DNA from: Cyanobacteria bacterium RI_101
Lineage (GTDB): Bacteria > Cyanobacteriota > Cyanobacteriia > Cyanobacteriales > Microcystaceae
Reading direction: 5' to 3'
Assembly (NCBI GenBank): GCA_016471375.1
Contig: WGLZ01000036.1
Coordinates: forward strand, 13,564-45,563
Length of the DNA: 32,000 nucleotides
Shown: positions 24,627 to 32,000 of the stretch, piece by piece
How the letters are laid out: each line of letters starts with the position of its first letter
Position numbering within the stretch: the stretch's first letter is position 1
Notes under the pieces: generated by a model
What the model was told of the DNA's origin: nothing
The model's database searches: none
Seen by the model: only the letters and a program-made list of their open reading frames with translations
Translations under genes and position numbers: made by a program

Positions 24627-25583
24627 TTAGGAGTATTTGGCTTTGACTTTATTGACAATAAACTCAGCAAGCACGTTGACCACGAGGGTGAGGAGCATGA
24701 GCACCAAACCAGCGTACATCAGCGCCGCCACCTGCATCCCCGAAGCTTCGGCGAATTGGTTCGCCAGCAGAGAGGCGATGGTATTGGCGGGGTCTAAAAG
24801 GGAGGCGCTCAGCTTGTTGGAGTTGCCGATCAACATGGTCACGGCCATGGTCTCCCCCATCGCTCGCCCCAGCGCCAACATAATGCCGCCGACAATGCCG
24901 GAGAAGGCCGCCGGCACCAGCACTCGGAAAATAGTCTCCCAACGGGTGGCGCCTAAACCCAGGGACGCTTGACGCAGTTCCGGGGGTAGAGAAGCGAGGG
25001 AATCCCGGGCGATGGCGGTGATAATGGGCAAAATCATGATGGCCAACACCACCGAAGCGGGCAACATCCCCGGCCCCGCCGGTTTGGAGCTAAAGAGGGG
25101 AAACCAACCCAAGGTTTCATTGAGCCAGAAGCCCAGAGGGCGCAGGAGCGGAATTAAGACAAAAATACCCCAAAGCCCGTAAACAACGCTGGGAATCGCC
25201 GCCAGCAGTTCCACCAGAAAAACCAAGACAATGCGAATGTTCAGAGGAATGAAATCTTCGCTCAAAAAAACCGCGGTGCCTAAGCCGAGGGGCACGGCGA
25301 TTAACAGCGCCAACAGAGAGTTCACTAGAGTGCCCACAATCACCGCCAGGGCGCCGTACTGATTCCGAACGGGGTCCCAGGTGTTGTTAAACAAAAAGCC
25401 GAAGTTGTATTCAACGATGGCGGGCCAGGCCCGGATCGTCACCACCAGGGCGATGAGCAGTAAGATGAGGCCGATGCCGACGGCGAAAACTAGCGTTAAG
25501 CTCCGGAATCCCGTCTCTAGGTTCTTTTCTAGGGCGGAGCGAGACTGGAGGGCCGAAGGGCGAGAATAGGAAGGGGCGACCAT
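24627..25583 (-). CDS. pstC: Phosphate ABC transporter permease PstC
   Basis: 318 aa, multi-TM, with an EAA-like loop (LGRAMGETMAVTMLIGN). It sits between pstS and pstA. Confidence 0.9.
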   Translation of the reverse strand: MVAPSYSRPSALQSRSALEKNLETGFRSLTLVFAVGIGLILLLIALVVTIRAWPAIVEYNFGFLFNNTWDPVRNQYGALAVIVGTLVNSLLALLIAVPLGLGTAVFLSEDFIPLNIRIVLVFLVELLAAIPSVVYGLWGIFVLIPLLRPLGFWLNETLGWFPLFSSKPAGPGMLPASVVLAIMILPIITAIARDSLASLPPELRQASLGLGATRWETIFRVLVPAAFSGIVGGIMLALGRAMGETMAVTMLIGNSNKLSASLLDPANTIASLLANQFAEASGMQVAALMYAGLVLMLLTLVVNVLAEFIVNKVKAKYS

Positions 25584-25646
25584 ATTAAATCAATTGGAGT
25601 TAACCAGAATAGCCCCCCGACAGGAGGGCTGTTAACGAAGAAAGAG

Positions 25647-26807
25647 CTATTTAACCTTGATTTGGAAATCGGGGCTAATTTGATCCGCGACCGCCGCCAC
25701 TTTTTCCACCACGTTGGGAGGCAGGGGAATATAGCCTAGGGCGGCGCTTTGCTGTTGTCCCGTGGTCAGACCGTACTGCACCATGGCTTCGATCCCCTTG
25801 GCCTTCATGGGATCGTCGTAGGTTTTGTACATCAGCATCCAGGTGTAAGTGACGATGGGATAGGATTGTTCCCCGTCGGGGTTAATAATAAAAGCCCGCA
25901 GGTTTTCCGGCAGTTCCACCGTGGCGAGGGTCGCCGCCGCCGTGGTTTCGTCGGGGACGACAAACTGACCGGCTTTATTTTGCAGGGTCGCCATGGCCAG
26001 GTTATTGTTTTTGGCGTAGCCGTACTCGACGTAGCCAATGGCGCCTTCGTTTTGTTGAATGTTGGCGGTCACGCCTTCGTTGCCTTTGCCGCCGATAAAT
26101 TTGCCTTTAGCCGTGGGCCACTGGACGCTCTTGCCGTCGCCGATGCTCTCCTTCCACTTGGGGCTGACGGCGCTCAGGTACTTGGTGAAGACCCCGGTGG
26201 TGCCGCTACCGTCGGAGCGGTGAACAACCGTGATGGGCGCGTCGGGCAATTTCAGGTCGGGGTTATCCGCGACCAGTTTGGGGTCGTTCCATTTGGTGAT
26301 TTCCCCCATGAAAATGGCCACTTGATTTTCCTGAGAGAGTTTCAATCCCTCCGCGCCGGGAAGGTTGTAGGCGAGGACGATACTGCCTGCGGTCATGGGA
26401 AGCATCAGCACGCCCTTGGCCACCTTGGCGATTTCCTCGTCCTTCATGGCGGTGTCGCTAGCGCCGAAATCCACGGTGCCGGCGGTAAATTGCTCCACCC
26501 CGGCGCCGCTTCCCACGGACTGATAGTTGACTTGCAGGTTCGGCACCTCTTGGTTCAAACCCACGAACCAGTTTTGATAAAGGGGCGCGGGAAAGGTCGC
26601 CCCGGCGCCGGTGAGGGCCACTTGGGCGGTGATGGCTTCTTTGATATTGGCGCTCATGGAGGGCGCTCCGCCAGTTTGTTCGCCGCCGCCGGTTTCCGTG
26701 CCTGTTTGCTCGCCGCCGCCACCGCCGCAGGCCGCTAGACTGAGGGACAGGGTCAGGGCCGCGAGAGTCGGCGCCAAGCGGAAGGTTGGGAATTGAGATC
26801 TAATCAT
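25647..26807 (-). CDS. pstS: Phosphate-binding lipoprotein PstS
   Basis: 386 aa. It has a lipobox (LSLAAC), a G/E/T-rich linker, then the PBP type-2 motifs GAGATFPAPLY, YQSVGSGAG and SDGSGTT. Confidence 0.9.
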   Translation of the reverse strand: MIRSQFPTFRLAPTLAALTLSLSLAACGGGGGEQTGTETGGGEQTGGAPSMSANIKEAITAQVALTGAGATFPAPLYQNWFVGLNQEVPNLQVNYQSVGSGAGVEQFTAGTVDFGASDTAMKDEEIAKVAKGVLMLPMTAGSIVLAYNLPGAEGLKLSQENQVAIFMGEITKWNDPKLVADNPDLKLPDAPITVVHRSDGSGTTGVFTKYLSAVSPKWKESIGDGKSVQWPTAKGKFIGGKGNEGVTANIQQNEGAIGYVEYGYAKNNNLAMATLQNKAGQFVVPDETTAAATLATVELPENLRAFIINPDGEQSYPIVTYTWMLMYKTYDDPMKAKGIEAMVQYGLTTGQQQSAALGYIPLPPNVVEKVAAVADQISPDFQIKVK

Positions 26808-26856
26808 AGAATTAGGAGAGGGAAGGAAAGAATGCCAAAATGCAAAACAGACACAG

Positions 26857-26901
26857 ATGATACCGTTTTGTATAGCAACTCTTGGTAAAGGTCAGGTTAA
26901 G
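26857..26901 (-). promoter_or_regulatory. Candidate Pho-regulated pstS promoter: three 8-bp direct repeats at 11-bp spacing (Pho box) plus a TATCAT -10
   Basis: The minus strand reads CTTAACCT gac CTTTACCA aga GTTGCTAT (26901-26872), then 9 nt, then TATCAT (26862-26857). The first repeat fits the cyanobacterial SphR consensus PyTTAAPyPy(T/A) exactly, the second has 1 mismatch, and the third is weak. Confidence 0.45.
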
Positions 26902-26903
26902 GG

Positions 26904-29400
<2,497 letters not shown>

Positions 29401-29860
29401 ACTGCGTCTAACTTGAAACCCAAGGTTTCCGGTTCCCCTCCCTCGGAGGAGTTAGGGGTGGGTTTTTTCTTGGCTCTCACGGTTAGAACCCACCCCCCAA
29501 CCCCCTCCCAAGAGGGAGTGCGTATGCACAAATTTCAAAATCCCCCCTAGCCCCCCTTAGAAAGCTACAGTGTACACACAAATGTCAAAACCCCCTCTAA
29601 CTCCTCCTTGGTAAGGGGGAGAATCAAAAATCTTTGTTCCCTCCCCTTGGCAAGGGGAGGGCTAGGGAGGGGTTCTTGAGAGAATTTCAGAAATTCTTTT
29701 AGTTATGTGTACGCGGTAGCGTGGAAAGGGGAGAACAAGACTTAAAGTCCCTACTTCGACAAGCTCAGTACGGCGCCTTGTAAAGGGGGATTGTCCCACT
29801 TAGCTTGCCGTACCCGAAGGTCTAGTGTAGGGGGATCGAACCGCTTGCGCCCGCCCTAAT
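29401..29860. repeat. 460-bp repeat-only intergenic block of hairpin units, a solo MITE end, a full MITE and a split double-hairpin element
   Basis: 29427-29463 is the reverse copy of the 8334-8371 unit. 29519-29545 is a solo MITE-like end. 29564-29720 is MITE copy C. 29740-29840 holds the GGGGGATTGTCCCACTTAGC...GTGTAGGGGG family. Confidence 0.8.
29564..29720. mobile_element. MITE copy C (157 bp), inverted relative to copy B
   Basis: Termini are GCTACAGTGTACACA / TGTGTACGCGGTAGC. The interior aligns almost base for base with the reverse complement of 12382-12536. It is inserted in the loop of a CCCCCCTAGCCCCCC..GGGG hairpin. Confidence 0.85.
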
Positions 29861-29881
29861 TTATCTGGATAAACTGAAACA

Positions 29882-30499
29882 ATGTCTCAATGGTTGGCGG
29901 ACTGGATTCCCTCAATAATGAATCAACTGGGCTACTTTGGTATCGCCCTCTTGATGTTTCTCGAAAATCTGTTTCCGCCCATCCCCTCGGAATTGATTAT
30001 GCCCTTGGCGGGATTCACGGTTTCCCAGGGCAAAATGGATTTTATCGGCGCCGTCCTAGCGGGTTCTGTGGGCACAATTCTCGGCGCTTACCCTTGGTAT
30101 TATCTCGGCAAATGGGTCAACGAAGAGCGCCTAGAACACCTGGCGGATAAGTATGGCAAATGGCTCAGTCTCGGCGCTAAAGATATTCACAAAGCCAACG
30201 CTTGGTTTAACCGTCACGGCGGCAAGGCGGTCTTTTTTTGCCGGTTAGTGCCCGGCGTGCGCACGTTAATTTCCCTGCCCGCGGGGATTAACGCCATGCC
30301 CCTGCTTCCCTTTACCCTCTACAGCAGTTTGGGAACTCTCCTCTGGGTGCTCTTTTTAACCGGCGCCGGTTATAAGTTGGGGGATCACTATGAATTGGTG
30401 GACGAATATTTAGGGCCGGTCTCTAAAATTGTTCTCGCTAGCTTAGTTATTTTCGCCCTCCTCTGGATCGTCCGTAAACAATGGCGTAAAGCCAGTTAG
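29882..30499 (+). CDS. DedA/SNARE-associated family membrane protein
   Basis: 205 aa. GYFGIALLMFLENLFPPIPSELIMPLAG and the FFCRLVPGVRTLISLPAG motifs are typical of DedA. Confidence 0.85.
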   Translation: MSQWLADWIPSIMNQLGYFGIALLMFLENLFPPIPSELIMPLAGFTVSQGKMDFIGAVLAGSVGTILGAYPWYYLGKWVNEERLEHLADKYGKWLSLGAKDIHKANAWFNRHGGKAVFFCRLVPGVRTLISLPAGINAMPLLPFTLYSSLGTLLWVLFLTGAGYKLGDHYELVDEYLGPVSKIVLASLVIFALLWIVRKQWRKAS

Positions 30500-30514
30500 C
30501 GCCGTCAATAGCCT

Positions 30515-31297
30515 ATGTTTCTCTCCAGTCTCCTCGCCATCTTCCGCAAAGAATTTTTGAGCTACTTCGCCTCCCCCTTCGCCTATGTGATCGGCGCCGT
30601 TTTTTGGCTGATTTCCGGGCTGTTCTTTGGGGTGATTCTCGATAATATTATTCAAAACGCCGAATTTACTCGTCAGGCGGGGATGAACACTCCCATTGAT
30701 ATTGCCGGGGAATTTCTCGGCAGTTACCTCGGGGTAATTATTTTCCTGCTGTTAGTCCTTCTGCCGGCGCTGTCCATGGGTCTCTACGCCGAGGAAAGGA
30801 AGCGGGGCACTTTGGAATTACTGGCCACCTCCCCGGTGACCAATTGGGGGGTGGCGCTGGGAAAACTCCTGGGCGTTTTTACCTTTTTCACCGTTTTAAT
30901 GGTTCCCCTCTGGATTTATCAAGCCGTCATCTTCAGCGCCGCCGATCCCCCCTTTCCCATTGCTCTGATCCTGAGCGCCAACGGCGCTGTTTTGCTGGTG
31001 GCGGCCTCGATTTTATCCTTGGGGATGTTCATTTCTTCCCTCACCGACAGCGTCATCATCGCCTACATTTTGACCTTTGTGGGGGTTTTCGCGCTCTGGA
31101 TTGTGGATGTTTTCGCCCGGAGAGTGGGGGGAACCGCGGGGGATATTTTAGCTTCCCTGTCCTTGTTTCAGCCCTATAATGATTTGGTGAGCGGCGTGGT
31201 CAAAACCCCGGCCCTCGTTTTATTCGCCAGTTATATTTTCCTCGGCGTGTTTCTCACCGCCCAATCCATCGAGGCGCTCCGCTTCCAGCGCGCTTAA
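30515..31297 (+). CDS. ABC-2 type transporter permease (GldF-like); no cognate ATPase in the window
   Basis: 260 aa with 6 TM segments. LYAEERKRGTLELLATSPV is the characteristic ABC-2/GldF-like loop. Confidence 0.75.
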   Translation: MFLSSLLAIFRKEFLSYFASPFAYVIGAVFWLISGLFFGVILDNIIQNAEFTRQAGMNTPIDIAGEFLGSYLGVIIFLLLVLLPALSMGLYAEERKRGTLELLATSPVTNWGVALGKLLGVFTFFTVLMVPLWIYQAVIFSAADPPFPIALILSANGAVLLVAASILSLGMFISSLTDSVIIAYILTFVGVFALWIVDVFARRVGGTAGDILASLSLFQPYNDLVSGVVKTPALVLFASYIFLGVFLTAQSIEALRFQRA

Positions 31298-31336
31298 ACA
31301 AGCTCATGTTTGGAAAGCTTCTAAAATCTCCAAGTA

Positions 31337-31412
31337 AATCCCCCTAAATCCCCCTTTGCAAGGGGGACTTTGAGAAGTTTTCCCCCCCTTTCAAAGGGGG
31401 GCTAGGGGGGAT
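31337..31412. repeat. Second copy of the 76-bp double-hairpin palindromic element
   Basis: AATCCCCCTAAATCCCCCTTTGCAAGGGGGACTTTG...CCCCCCCTTTCAAAGGGGGGCTAGGGGGGATC. Compare 16804-16879. Confidence 0.85.
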
Positions 31413-31460
31413 CAAACTGGGATGTTGATCCTTGTAAAACACCCTCTAAGGACGGCGCCG

Positions 31461-32000
31461 ATGACTCTTACCCTCACCCGTTGGAATTTGGAAGATTACC
31501 ATCAATTAATCTCCGCCGGTCTTCTGGACGGGCGCCGGGTCGAATTACTCAACGGTTTACTGGTCGAAATGCCGCCGGAAAGTCCCCTTCACGCCGAGTT
31601 AAACACCTCCATCGCCCAGCGGCTCCAAAACGGCCTCGGTTCTCAAACAATTGTTCGTAACGCTAAGCCCATTAGTCTAGAGGACAGCGAGCCTGAACCG
31701 GATATCGCCCTCGTTCGGCCCGGCTCCTATCGATTGGCTCACCCCGGCCCGGCCGATATTTTTCTGCTCATTGAGTTTGCTCAGAGCAGTTTAGCTAAGG
31801 ATACTCAGGAAAAAGCGGCGCTGTATGCCGGCGCCGGGATTCTCGACTACTGGGTGGCGGATTTAGCCGAGGGACAACTTTGGGTCTTCCGCCAACCGGC
31901 GCTGGGGGGCTATCAAGCCTTAGAAAAATTAACGAGCGGTCAAATCTCGCCCCTCGTTTTTCCCGATCTTAGCCTTTCCGTGGCGGAGTTAGTGAGTTAG
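31461..32000 (+). CDS. Uma2 (DUF820) family putative endonuclease
   Basis: EDYHQLISAGLL...RVELLNGLLVEMPPESPLHAE...PEPDIALVR...EKAALYAGAGILDYWVADL has the PD-(D/E)xK-like Uma2 pattern. The ATG at 31461 is preferred over the track start at 31422, which abuts the repeat. The stop is the last codon of the window. Confidence 0.85.
   Translation: MTLTLTRWNLEDYHQLISAGLLDGRRVELLNGLLVEMPPESPLHAELNTSIAQRLQNGLGSQTIVRNAKPISLEDSEPEPDIALVRPGSYRLAHPGPADIFLLIEFAQSSLAKDTQEKAALYAGAGILDYWVADLAEGQLWVFRQPALGGYQALEKLTSGQISPLVFPDLSLSVAELVS

Noticed and set aside
25749-26738. 329-aa plus-strand ORF
   Set aside because: It lies entirely antisense to pstS. The G/H/V/R-rich nonsense-like sequence has no motifs. This is a shadow ORF.
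29401-29860. The dense hairpin repeats here, and at 500-783, 12361-12546, 13264-13359, 16804-16879 and 31337-31412, as a CRISPR array
   Set aside because: There is no regular repeat-spacer periodicity. The units differ in sequence and orientation, occur singly across the window, and no cas genes are present.
29821-29860. A tRNA-like T-arm (GGGGGATCGAACCGC)
   Set aside because: No acceptor, D or anticodon arms can be folded around it, and it is part of the GTGTAGGGGG repeat family.

Overview
This is a cyanobacterial chromosomal segment. The markers are pipX-pipY, two CpcS/CpeS-type phycobiliprotein lyases, a cyanobacterial-style pstSCAB-B operon, Uma2/DUF820, DUF1816, and dense hairpin and heptamer intergenic repeats. 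Most of the window is housekeeping: argS, trpS, metF, ahcY, a DUF39-type homocysteine biosynthesis protein, a YggS/PipY PLP protein, KtrA, a HAMP histidine kinase, the phosphate ABC transporter, DedA, and an ABC-2 permease. It also carries envelope genes: a partial GT2 glycosyltransferase, a ShlB/FhaC-type TpsB, a lipid-A-disaccharide-synthase-related protein, and a sulfotransferase.

The one clearly accessory locus lies at about 8.2-12.4 kb. It holds a STAND/NLR-like NB-ARC + TPR gene whose 142-aa N-terminal module is separated from the NTPase by a single in-frame TGA. The gene is bracketed by ~159-bp direct repeats, the left one being the decayed 3' end of a paralogous TPR gene. An unassignable 4-TM protein follows it. 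This is my best candidate for an undescribed (defence or cell-death type) system.

Three genome-scale signals are also present:
- A HIP-like palindromic octamer, CGGCGCCG, is strongly over-represented, while the canonical HIP1 (GCGATCGC) appears absent.
- A MITE family with CTACCGTGTACACA-type termini has inserted into the loops of other hairpin repeats. One copy has a perfect 10-bp target duplication.
- STRR-like heptamer arrays abut start and stop codons.

I saw no rRNA, tRNA or CRISPR array. All protein family calls come from motif recognition by eye; no database search was possible. Repeat coordinates are good to about +/-2 nt.
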